Source: Octopus vulgaris
Taxonomy: Eukaryota
Reading direction: 5' to 3'
DNA length: 64,000 nt
Assembly: GCA_951406725.2 (NCBI GenBank)
Contig: OX597823.1
Location: 51,150,001-51,214,000 of the forward strand
Part shown: positions 52,687 through 64,000 of the stretch, piece after piece
Layout of the letters: each line of letters opens with the position of its first letter
How positions within the stretch are numbered: position 1 is the stretch's first letter
Notes under the pieces: generated by a model
What the model was told of the DNA's origin: nothing
What the model saw: the letters and a program-made list of their open reading frames with translations, nothing else
The model's database searches: none
Position numbers and translations under genes: made by a program

Positions 52687-52719
52687 TGTGTGCGTGCGTG
52701 TATAATAAGAATAAAAAAT

Positions 52720-53210
52720 ACACATTGTATACAGGACATCACCAATTAGTGAAAAATATGTAAACACACGAAAGATAAGTACATGACAAAATACCAAAAG
52801 CATACACAATAAGTACAAGACATCAGCAACGTGTGAAAAATATGTAAACACACGAGAGAAAAGTAAAGAATAAAATACCAAAAGAAGATAACTCCTCATC
52901 AGTTGTCGGACTGTTTATTGCTCTTATTTCGCGCTTTTAACGACAATGTAAGGAAACTTCATTAGACAGCAGCATTCAGAAATTTATAAAATATAAAATT
53001 CATGGAGAGTTAGAGCTTCCAACGAACAAACGACGACAGAGTGGACGTACAGAGTAGACAAGCGACGAAGACAAGCATTAAAGACCGTCAGGCCAAGACG
53101 AATTGTAATGAGTAACGCCTGGGAGAAATATTTTCAAGGAAACAGAATTATTAGACGAGAGGAAAATAGAAGAATAAAATAATTAGAAGAGAAGAAAATA
53201 GTAGAAGAAA
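52720..53210 (-). mobile_element. Family P-A element
   Basis: Minus strand atatttctcccag..ttgtcgttaaaagcgcgaaa..ccgacaactgatga aligns to 18490-18730. Internal duplication of gtgaaaaatatgtaaacacacga. Confidence 0.6.
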
Positions 53211-53719
53211 AATGTCGGGAGTCGATATATACAGGGTGCGGTAGAAATAATTCAACATTCTAAACTTTTACCTATGTGTTGCTAATGAACTTATACAAGT
53301 GCCAATGATGTTTTCATTTTGCTAATGAACAAAAAAACTGTAATCCTTTGTTTAAACAACAGTAAAATTAATTTTTCATGAATGTGTTATCTTTTTCCTT
53401 TTGTCAACCTTTCAAATGTGGGCGGTATATCTGTCGCACCTTATATATCAATATGTGTCTTTCTGTCTGCGTTTGTCTCCGATCACACTTGGCAACTGGT
53501 GTGTTTACGTCCCCCGTATCTTAGCAGTTCAACACAAGACATCGATAAAACAATTATCAAGTTTTAAAAAAGTGTTCTGTGGTCGATTCATTCGACTGAA
53601 ATTTCTTCAAGGAGGTGCCTCGGCATGGCTACAGCTAAATGAGTGACACAATTAAAAAATAAAAGAAAATCATTTCCTCAAACCTTTAATATGAGTTAAA
53701 AAATTTGATAATTTTTCTT

Positions 53720-53915
53720 GAAGGTAGTGATCTGGTGTTTTGTACGTCTTTACGTTCTGAGTTCAAAATTCACCGAGGTCGATTTTTGCCTTTCATCTTT
53801 TCGTTGTCAAAAAAAAAAATAAAATGAATACCAGTTGAGCATTGGGGTCGATGTACTTGATTTAAATCCACCTCTGAAGTTGCTGGCCTTGTGTGCAAAT
53901 TCGAAACCAATATCT
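53720..53915 (+). mobile_element. SINE family A
   Basis: ttacgttctgagttcaaaattcaccgaggtcgatttttgcctttcatc. Confidence 0.75.
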
Positions 53916-56280
53916 AATAATTATGTCGTGGAATCAGTCTGGATAGAAACCAGTATATTCAGAAAGGCTGCGCTAGAATTTTCTATTGCATTATCATATT
54001 TAGAGACCCTGGTGTATTTACTTTATCTATTGTTTCGATTATCTTCCGTTGGGATTGTAAAGATACGCTTTTTCTGTCGTAGGAACTGTACCTTGCATTT
54101 AGCTAACTTTTTTTTTTACATCAAATAGTTGGTTAGAAATCCTCTGCCATTACCAAATGAGAGTAATCTTCAAATTCCAAAGATGTTACGCATACCCCAA
54201 AGCTTTATTCTAAGCTTTTAGCAGTTTTATACCATCTTTATGTTCTCATTTCTCCTTTTAAGCCCCTTTTCGAAATTTTCTTTCTCTATCATTATTTCGT
54301 TATCCCTCTTAAGTTTTGTCAGCGTTGCTTCAAGTAACACAATTGTCCGCTTTTATTTCATGGCTTTTTTCGTGTTTAGCCGTTATTCTATCAAGTCTGC
54401 TCTATTTCACGGTCATAAATCACAACCAGTTCGATATTTAAAATGTTTCTCTGCGAGAAGTGTTATTTCGGTGTTATAATTATGTCTTTACACGCATTTC
54501 TTTAGATTTAAATTCTGTAATAAATTTCTTATGTCAGAAATATATTCCCATCTCTTCTTGTATGGATTGTTTCAGAAACAGTTAGCAGCTACCGACTTTT
54601 TATATTCATTTGCTTCAGTTCTTGGTAGCTTGGATCCAGTAAGATAAACATTAATATCCAAGTAGAGGGTACACAGATGACGTATGTTGAATGAGTTTTG
54701 TTGTTGTTTGACTCCCATACCAGTCCTGTCGTTAAAAACCTGGACTATCCCATCTTTTTAGTAAACTGTTGAACATCCACTTTCCAAACAGCCTGATTTT
54801 AGAAGTACTTTATCTAATGTATGCTTACAATTTTAAGAAAGTGCGGTGTGATTTGAGGGAGATTTCACAACTATTTTTGACGGGTCAAATGATCGTAGAG
54901 ACGCTCTCTTATTGGTTTATGCACATATTTCTAAAATCCTTTTTCTAATGGACATTTTGATACTGAAGCTTTGAAAATACTCCTTGTTTGTCATCATCAG
55001 TAACTTAATCTGTCACCCGTTGTAACACCACCATTGAGTTTCTTTAGTGGATGTCTATTTGCTGCAACCCTTCGAGTCAGGTTTTCAGCTCGAAGTTACC
55101 CTTTTCTCTTCATCTCATAAGTTTTGGCGGTCCTGGAAAATTTGGACGGCTTTTACTTTCTTGATCTGTCTGTTTTACAATGTGATTTGTCTATCATAAT
55201 ACATACTTAATTTTGTTTCTTTCTATTTAGTTTATTCATGTATTTCAATAATTATGGAATTATGGAGTTGTATTGTTTGTTTTAGTAACCGCTTCTTCCT
55301 CTTTCTTTTAACTACTTTTCCTCAGATTTTGACTTTGTCGGAGCATTTTTACTTTTCTTATTGTCATATATGCTCCTTTATCTAATGTGTCATATTTACT
55401 GCATTCGAAACTTTCCAGTTTGAAGCAGTTGCACCTAATATATTCATTTAGTTCCAGGTCATCTCTGATTTGGGAAATGTATTATCAAAGGCATCATAAT
55501 TTTTAGTCTCAATTTGGCAGCAATATCCTACTGTTACCAATTGCAAGCTTAAAAAATTACAACACAGTTGAGAGAGAGAGAGAGTGTGTATGTGCGTGGG
55601 TATGTTGTTTTTGTTTAATTTTGGCAGTTTCCATTGGTGCAAGTGTATGAGTTGTGATCCTTTCGTTGGCTTGTGATTTTTCCAGTGATCCCTTGCTCTA
55701 ATCAGTTATGCTGATAATATTTTCATGCTGAAGTTTGAATTATTTTCTGTCTACGGTTACTGATCCACCTCTTAAAGCATTTTTGTATAATTTTTTCCTT
55801 AATATCAAATGAATGCTATCGGTTTGTTTCATAGGTAGGTCATAAAAAAATCGTGCAGATCGATATAGATCGATTAAGTCATTAACTTGTATTATTGTAT
55901 TTCTCGACGAAAAATGTCTTTAGATCTTGGCGACATTTGAACTTCAAACATAAGCAATTATAACTTAATGTCCAAGGTATTATGTTCGATGCTCAACCAC
56001 GTTTGCAAACCTGACCCTCTTGTATTTTTCACTTCGTGACAATACTATAATAATCGCGATGCTTTTTAAAAACATTTCATAGCAGTCAGCTATTTCATTT
56101 CTATCCTCAATTTTAGGAATCGCTGAAACAACATTATGCAGTAGACACAATATCGTGAGCATCTGATTTTGAACAGAATATTAGCTTTTAATACAATTTT
56201 AATATCACTTTCATAATACTGTCTTCGAAAACTCCTCATAAATCTTCCTATATCAATTTGAAACTGTGACTTTAATTAAT

Positions 56281-56492
56281 ACTCTCTTTTACTCTTTTAC
56301 TTGTTTCAATCATTTGACTGTGGCCATGCTGGAGTACCGCCTTTAGTCGAGCAAATCAACCCCAGGACTTACTCTTTGTAAGCCTAGTACTTATTCTATC
56401 GGTCTCTTTTGCCAAACCGCTAAGTTACGGGGACGTAAACACACTAGCATCGGTTGTCAAGCGATGTTGGGGGCACAAACACAGATACACAA

Positions 56493-56528
<36 letters not shown>

Positions 56529-56700
56529 TTATATACGACGGGCTTCTTTCAGTTTCCGTCAACCAAATCCACTCACAAGGCTTTGGTCGACCCGAGGCTA
56601 TAGTAGAAGACACTTGCCCAAGGAGCCATGCAGTGGGACTGAAATTAGAACCATGTGGTTGGTAAGCAAGCTACTTACCACACAGTCACTCCCCCGCCTA
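56281..56700 (-). mobile_element. SINE family B, full length and relatively young
   Basis: Complete head, CORE-like body, TG/TA tract and gagtaaaagagagt tail. Confidence 0.9.
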
Positions 56701-56702
56701 TA

Positions 56703-56734
<32 letters not shown>

Positions 56735-59491
56735 ATATTATATTATATATATAATAATAATATTATATATATATATATATATGATAATAAATATTTTTTA
56801 CTAATTTATCGAGGATGGTGAGTTTACTTAAACGCATGAATGTTAGACAAGAATGTTTGTGTAATTAGATGCATCTCTTTATTTTTTCATTTTGAATCCT
56901 GTCGATGTCAACTTTGACATTCATTTCCAGAGCTCTAGTAAATGAAATACCAATAAAGCACAGGAATAGATTTAATCGACTATACCGTTTCAATAATTTG
57001 TGGCTTTATGTCAGTGTTAGAAATCGATATTCATTCACAGGGAGCGTTTTTAACAAGGAATAACCTCTACTATATTATGTAAGAGTATCGAGTCTACACA
57101 TGCCATCACTAATGAAAGCTGAAAAAGCTATGGATGCAATTCAATATAATATCCAACTTTAAAAAGTGTGCGTCTTGGCAATCAATTAAGAATTACTAAG
57201 TAAACTGTCCAATTAAAAATGTTAACTGTCGTGTTAGGTCTCTGTCATTCTATATTTGTGACCCCAGCTTTAAATATTTCTAACCAAAATAGTCTCAATC
57301 ATTTGAAAGTATTCTGCTTAATCCAATCAATTTCTGTACTGAATTTACATCAAGTTTCTGCAAACTTTCAAATGATTTTCTGTTTGTTGCTTAACACGAA
57401 CTTAGTTCTGATTGAATAAATCCGTGATCATAGGCTTCCTGGTCATAAAAACTCCTTATTTTTAAAAATAGGGGCTTCTAAGCCCCTATTTTCCAATATG
57501 CCCTTCTACTTTTGAGATTGTAGAGTGTAATTTAAGAGAAATTTAGTTGCTGTTTGTAGAAGGGCAAGCAGTATCTCGTTGACTCGACTCTTCTAGTTGT
57601 TTAGATCGCTCTAAACGATGAGTTCGTGCAGTTTATGTTTAGGAATAACTAAATCTGGAACTACGTTATTCAATATGTTCTTTTTTTAAGATGGTAGGTG
57701 AGATCTTAGCGAGATCTCACTCCTGCTACGATTAATCTGTCGCCTGTGTTGCTTGACGCAGTTAAAAGCCTCCATGTATACATATTCATATAAAATAGAA
57801 TTCTATTCGATTTTGAAATGAAAGAAAGAACGCATGAGTTAGCTCTCATGTTTAAAACTACCGCTATTCCGAGACAAATTGGTAGTTGATTAATTTTTCT
57901 ATCACATTAATATCTGCTCTATTATGGGGTTAAATTTAAGCCTCTAGAGAAAATGTGACAATTTCCAAAAGATTGTTTAATTTTCTATTCACAAGAAATG
58001 TACAGTCTTAGTGATATTTTCACCCTTTGCTAACGAGAATTTATTATAATTGAAGCAACTATAATCTCTTCTATTAATGAAAATGTTTATATTGACTAAG
58101 TTAATTATCACTGTCTTCCTCCGTCTCTTTTTCCAATTGCTTTTCATTATGCATTTTTTGCTTCATTTTATTTTTGTTAACACTATCTCTGTGATTATGT
58201 ATTCATATTCTTGATGAATGCAACGAAATAGCTCTTGCGAAATTGATTGTTGTATTGCATAATATATGAGGTGTATAACGAGACTTAATAGAAAAATGCT
58301 GACTTAATAACGTGACTATCCAATAGCTTCTCAATGAGTTCATTGCTCTTATTCCTAAAGTTGCGAACTTCCACAACAGTTATAGAACGTATCTTATTTC
58401 TTAAATTGTGCTTCACCCTTTTGTTTTGCTAATTTTTCTCTGTAGTTTCTTGTTATTCTTTCTTTTTCTCTTTCTCTTATTTTTTATTGATTTATTCTCG
58501 CTCGGCCTTGATTGCGCTATCTTTTCACTAGCTACTTTTCTTATTTTTTGTTTACAATGAAAATGTAAGCTCTAAGAAAAAAAGTACAAAGAAAAATAAT
58601 TATAACTACAGATTGGTATTGTTCTGTATTCTATTTTCAGTTTTCCATTTTTTAAAAATATTTAACAGGAAATATCCTTGTAAGAACCAGTTGTAGGGAA
58701 GAAGATTCTATCCGGGCAATCGACGATTCTACAGTTGTAATTCTAATTACAAAGAATCCTTCCCCAGGTTCGACAACCACAACACCTAGTGGGAGGTGTC
58801 CGAGGAGTATCGAACATCCCTCAGTTATTGATGAAGGTCGTTGACGAAGAATCTTGATGCAGTCGTTAATGAAGGATATGAAAAAAGCTGAATGCGTAAC
58901 GGATAATGTTATTTTCGTAAAAAGATAAGTTACTAACGGCTCTTTTGCAGATTATTCGCGCTAAGTTATGAATCAGGCATGTACTGATTACTGAATACTG
59001 GAGGTGTTAGTACTGCGTTATCTAAATTTTGGAGGACTTGAAATGTTGCTTTAGTTTTTTTAATAATGAAAATATAATGAACAACTAACAAATGATTTAT
59101 ACATTTCAAATTCAAAGGAAATATATTTAGAAGTATATTTCTGTATCTGGTTATCATTTGGTTTGAAAGCTTTATAAGAAATCAAAAACGTATAATAGCA
59201 AAGCTTTCACTTCTCATATTTTTATGGAGAAACAGATATGCTTCGCCTGCATTGTTTAATACACATTACCTTATTGTTTTACTCAAATATTTTGCAAAAG
59301 AACCCTCTTGTTTCATGTACATGGTGTGCCAAAGCATGAAACCAATTTCTTTTTGGCTCTGATTGTAGTGATTTCCACTTCTGTTATAAAACCAAAGGTT
59401 GTTTTAACAAACTGCCGCTAATTTGCTTCTTTGACATCGATGTTTGGTCAGTTGTGTTTGTATATATATATATTATAATTTGTGGTCATAA

Positions 59492-59680
59492 TAAGGCGGT
59501 GAGCAGGCAGAATCGTTAGCACGCCGGGCGAAATGCTGAGCTCAAATTTCGCCAATGTCGACTTTACCTTTCATCCTTTTGGGGTCGATGGAATAAGAAC
59601 CACTACGCACTAGGGTCGATGTAATCGACTAGCCCCACTTCCCCCAAAATTTTCAAGGCATTGTGCCTAGAGTAAAAATA
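59492..59680 (+). mobile_element. SINE family A with internal deletion
   Basis: aaggcggtgagcaggcagaatcgttagcacgccgggcgaaatg..ctttcatcctttt. Confidence 0.8.
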
Positions 59681-59903
59681 ATAATTTGTGGTCATATTAA
59701 AGGTGAAATAACTCGGAACAAGAAATGAATTAAAAAATGCCGTCTATGGTGAAACAAGAGGGAAAGGGACTGAAATTAATGCATAATCCAATGAAAAAAA
59801 TTGGGAATTATTTGTTACGCTTAAATATGTGTATGTATATATCTTATTTATGTATGATATGTGTATGTATAGGTCTATATAAATGTAAATGTATAAATGG
59901 ATG

Positions 59904-59957
<54 letters not shown>

Positions 59958-59959
59958 TA

Positions 59960-60330
59960 TAAAAATTATATATAAAAACACAAGAACGTGAAATATACAA
60001 AGAGACGAACACAAAAAACGGACGGGTCATTCGAAGCCTTTAATCTTCAGTCAGAAACCGGATCATCATAGCAAATTTCGGCTGATTAATCCTGATATTG
60101 CTCCGACACGGCCAGCCCCAATGAAAACTAAGCTGCGAGCATTAGATTTCTTGGAAAAAGGATCGAATGTAAACGAAAGAAGGACAGAAAAACGGACGAA
60201 GCCACACGAATATAAATACAAAAAAAAAAATATTAAAAATAAAAACAAAAACAAGAATGGTAATAACAGGATAACAGCAGGTGTCTCACGACTTTAGACA
60301 AATTTAACTTATCTAGCAGGCATGTTTGGA
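59960..60330 (-). mobile_element. Possible Penelope terminal-repeat region
   Basis: Abuts (TA)n. Minus strand has agccGAAA..CTGAAGA followed by a T-rich tail, as in family P-A. Lies downstream of the GIY-YIG remnant on the same strand. Confidence 0.35.
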
Positions 60331-60429
60331 AATATATATGTATTTTATAAGATATGTGGTGAAGATGCGTGGCCTAGTGGTCTGTTGGGTCAAGGCTTGG
60401 TTCGCTTGCTCCATGTTTGAGAGAATCTT

Positions 60430-61205
60430 TGTCCCAATTTCTCTATCTTCGGTTGCCGTAAGCCCTTGCACGAAGATAAAGGATTTGAATATACCCCGAG
60501 TGAGTTCCTGAAGTTTAATTTTTTCACACGTACGTTTGACTACTCTGGCATATGAAATAAAGTCATCATCGTCGTTTTTTGTTAACTTTCAACATTCCAT
60601 TCGAGTGTTAAATAACGAACATTTGTCACAAAAGATCTTTGAGAGTAATTCAATAGTTTCATGGGAACAAATTTCACTCGATTTTTTGGGGCAATATAAC
60701 GTAACAGTAGTGTTCATGCTCGGCCGGGGCTACCTTGCGTAGTAATAGACTCACTTTCTTCTAATCCGACCATGATTGTAATCTTTGTTAAAAATGTCCT
60801 CGTACCGTTTATAGTTCGCAGGACACGTAATAATTTCTCACGAAGTTTTGGGCTTCCTTGACTGTAACTCAATTAACTGTTGTTGTAATATTTGTTTCTG
60901 CAACTCCTGTAGTTTTTCCTGTTGTTTCTCTTGAAGATATATTACCGTAGCTAATAGGTCCTCCATAATGTGTGTGACGCACAAATTGTTAAATAAACTA
61001 CAAAATAAAAACATCGGCAGTTACAAACACGCAAAGAAGCAACATTTACGAACCAACAATCAATATTTCACTAACTCGAAATGTAAACTGTATCAGAACT
61101 TCGAAGACCAAACTACGAACTACCGACTATGTCAAACCGCTACTATTTATATGTTGTGGTCCCGTCTGTTCTCATCAGAGGGTGTAGTACTCTCGCCACA
61201 GCACA
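60430..61205 (-). mobile_element. Second copy of the Gypsy family: gag fragment plus partial LTR
   Basis: 60430-60968 aligns to ~16803-17390. 60970-61205 aligns to the LTR at ~17500-17723 (cttcgaagaccaaact..ttctcatcagag..gtactctcgcc). Confidence 0.88.
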
Positions 61206-61384
61206 TAAAATCACAAAATATTATACTAAAGAGACATTGGTATAAACATATTGACAACTATATCTCTGTTTCTTTCCAGTCAGAGTAGTCATTGGGTATT
61301 CTCTACATCTTGGTACCTACTTAGTGACAATTCGCATTGGTGTCACCAAATGGTGGAACATTCTGTATATACAATCAGTATTAT

Positions 61385-62060
61385 AAGTTAACTAGATCAT
61401 AAGTTTTGCTTTATATTTGTTAATAAAATGCATTTCTGGATCGTTCCGCTGCTGTTCTGTCATTTAGTTGCACAGATAGAAAGGGAAGACAGAATAGAGA
61501 ATAATTGGGTAAGACCTGTCCCCAACAGTTATCTACATGTTGATTCAGGGTATTTGTTTGTGCACGTTTCCCTGATTTGTTGTTGGCGTGCCGCTATTTG
61601 TTACTTTGTGCTCTTCTCGTTTATCCAATGTAGTGTACTCGGCAAACTTTACATTTTATAACGTAGATCCGAATTGCAGAAAAAGTGATTCTAATTTTGA
61701 AGGTAAGGTCCTCTTTGAAGAGGACTTCAGGACTTTCTAATGAGTAACTACATACTCCACTGTTTGGCCGGTTACATTTACTTCCTTTGGGGTATGCAGT
61801 CTGAATATGTAGCTTTCTATTGGTCAATATCTTTTTTAATGATTTTATTCATCTCTTCTTTTTTAAAATCGGATGCTTTTCTGAAATGCGTTTCATTTTT
61901 TGGTCCTGTAGTAATATTGGCATGTTTAAATATATATTAGTGGAAAATTCGGTGTTTCTTGAGTTAAAATGTGAAATATATGGGGGTAGGGCCGCATAAA
62001 TATATTTTGTTTTGAGCGGGGAAGAAACGTGAACATGAAATCAAGTAACTACGAGATAAA
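61385..62060 (-). pseudogene. Penelope-like element ORF 3' part: linker and GIY-YIG endonuclease
   Basis: PYISHFNSRN..MPILLQDQKMKRI..SLKKILT..KCNRPNSGVC..IYVIKCKVCRVHYIG*TRR, i.e. the IY..C..C..YIG-T motif. Confidence 0.8.
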
Positions 62061-62879
62061 TCATGTTGGTCATAATATTTCACTTAAGATTAATCGAAAA
62101 TATTAATTGCGAGGAAAATATTAAAATCTAATTTCCTGCAGAGAGTTCTCTACAATTCAATGTTCAAATTCGAAGCCAATTCATTTCAATTGATCCTTGT
62201 TATTTGAGAAAAATAAAATATACAAATATCGACAATCCTGAATTTACTTTGTTGGAAATGTATCACTTTATGCCTAAGAAAGTAATCAAATTTTGGCGGG
62301 GCTTAATGGAATTTAAATAATATCCATCTTTATTAATTTACTTCTGACTGTGTCGTATAATTATGAAAGACTGTTAAATATTTTAGAGAACATTGTGATA
62401 AATAATTTCTTGTAAAGACATTCTAAATAAGTCTATTTTTGTAGAAAATCACACTGGTCGTACCTAAAACAATATAAATTAACTGATAAGATTTTAATGT
62501 AAATGTATCCGAGAGCGAATTAAGAAAAGAAAAGAGCAGCAAACCACTTAATTTTATTGAAACATTGAACCGGAGCTGGACATATCACTATGTTGAAAAT
62601 TAGTAAAACTACCTGCTAGCGCAGAGTCCTGAATTAATTTGTAGAGGTAAAAAAAGAGTGCAGTAGTAATTTCCAATAGTTGCCTGAATAGAATTTTACT
62701 CCGCCACTTGCAAATCTTCAAAATATATGATAGCTGAGTCCATCTTGTCAGTGTCGGAGTCCTTGAAAATGGCATGGTTGCCGTCTCTTCATCCAGAATT
62801 ATCCAATAAATGTTCGAACCTTTCACTTTTCAAATGTTAATTACTAATTTTCATTTTAATGTAACAAATATCGTATGCA

Positions 62880-63072
62880 ATTTCGTTCACTGTCTGTTTC
62901 AGTTGTGAATGTATTTCTTTCTGGCTTTACACTGAGTTCAAATACCACTATGGTCGTCTTTACATTTCATCCTGTCGGAGTCGATAAAAAAGTACCACTT
63001 GAACACAGGGGTTGATATGATCGATTAGTATCGTCTCCCAAAATCTGAGGCTTTATACCTATAGTAGAAACG
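62880..63072 (+). mobile_element. SINE family A, degenerate
   Basis: ctgagttcaaataccac..tttcatcctgtcggagtcgataaaaagtacc. Confidence 0.7.
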
Positions 63073-63114
63073 GAACCGGAAAACAGATTCGCAATCTACG
63101 TATAGTCATACATA

Positions 63115-63322
63115 TATGCATGCATGAATACAAGCATGCATGCATGCATGTATGTATGTATGTATGTATGTATGTATGTATGTATGTATGTATGTATGTA
63201 TGTATGTATGTATGTATGTATGTATGTATGTATGCATGCATGCATGCATGCATGTATGTATGTATGTATGTATGTATGTATGTATGTATGTATGTATGCA
63301 TGCATGCATGTATGTATGTATA
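63115..63322 (+). repeat. (TATG/CATG)n tetranucleotide array
   Basis: Seen directly. Confidence 0.95.
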
Positions 63323-63381
63323 CTATTGAGTGATAGTTAGTGATGGTAGATTGCGCGCATATTCAGGGTTGACGGTCAGTA

Positions 63382-63766
63382 TCTCTCTCTATATAAACGG
63401 CAGTTTGTCTGTGCGTGTTTCTGTGTGTCTGTTTGCTTGTACCCTCACCCTGACCACGGCTTTCAACCGATTCTGATGAAACTTGACACACACATAGCCC
63501 AATGTAATAATTCAAAACTAACGCAGCGAAAATTTTGAAAAGTTCCCCCAGTTCTGGAAAATATCAATAAATTCGACATGGGGTCGAGAATCAGAAATAC
63601 GAACCACAAACTGTCTAGGGGACGCAACTCCACCTTTTTTAAATCTCAAAAAAAAATTTACCATCATTTTTTTCCATTTTTTTTCTATTTTTTGGCTATA
63701 ACTCTCTAAAAATGCTTTATAGTTATTTCCCTTACAAACCTGAGCAACGCCGGGCGATACTGCTAG
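63382..63766 (+). mobile_element. Non-autonomous Helitron
   Basis: 5' TC (tctctctctatataaa), 3' hairpin cctgagcaacgccggg followed by CTAG, inserted between A63381 and T63767 with no TSD. Confidence 0.8.
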
Positions 63767-64000
63767 TCATATATATATGTGTGTGTAGGTAGATAGTTAT
63801 GTACACTGGAACATTTGTTGAATTTTCCAGGTAATAGGACGGAGCTGGAGGTGACGCGATTTCAGAGCGAATTCTCAAACACACATTTATAATTGCACCG
63901 TCCATTCTGTTTATTTTGAAATATATATCAAATATTGCTGCAACTTTATTGGCAAGGAATATAAATTGTAAAACACTACTGAAATAAAATGCATTAATTT

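Noticed and set aside
53930-55450. Possible minus-strand LINE coding remnant
   Set aside because: Strand-biased composition is suggestive, but I could read no diagnostic motif.
60021-60095. Canonical hammerhead on the minus strand
   Set aside because: CTGAAGA and GAAA are present but the required stems cannot be formed in canonical order. Kept only as part of the swapped-order observation.

Overview
This is repeat-saturated, AT-rich eukaryotic DNA, either intergenic or a large intron. The SINE families and very high (TA)n/(ATC)n/(TAA)n/(GATA)n content suggest an octopod cephalopod (Octopus-like); that is an inference from recalled family sequences, not a search. I find no intact host protein-coding gene. 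Nearly all ORFs in the supplied track are microsatellite translations. Recognisable coding remnants are all transposon fossils: a Mag-type Gypsy LTR element (gag-PR-RT-RH-IN, tRNA-Ser PBS, LTR) plus a second gag+LTR fragment, three mariner remnants, R4/Dong RT and RLE pieces, a CR1-like 3' end, a Tx1/L1-like RT, and a Penelope GIY-YIG endonuclease. Non-autonomous elements include four tRNA-derived SINE families, hAT and Tc1/mariner MITEs, a Helitron and Helentron-type elements. The most striking item is a 278-bp unit at 45153-45430 that joins a Pol III tRNA-like head to a minimal hammerhead ribozyme. It has a 5' inverted fragment and an 8-bp TSD and sits inside an older SINE, so it is a candidate Penelope-mobilised, self-cleaving SINE. 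A second hammerhead family and long fold-back elements sit in (TA)n tracts. Coordinates of degenerate repeats were read by eye and are approximate.
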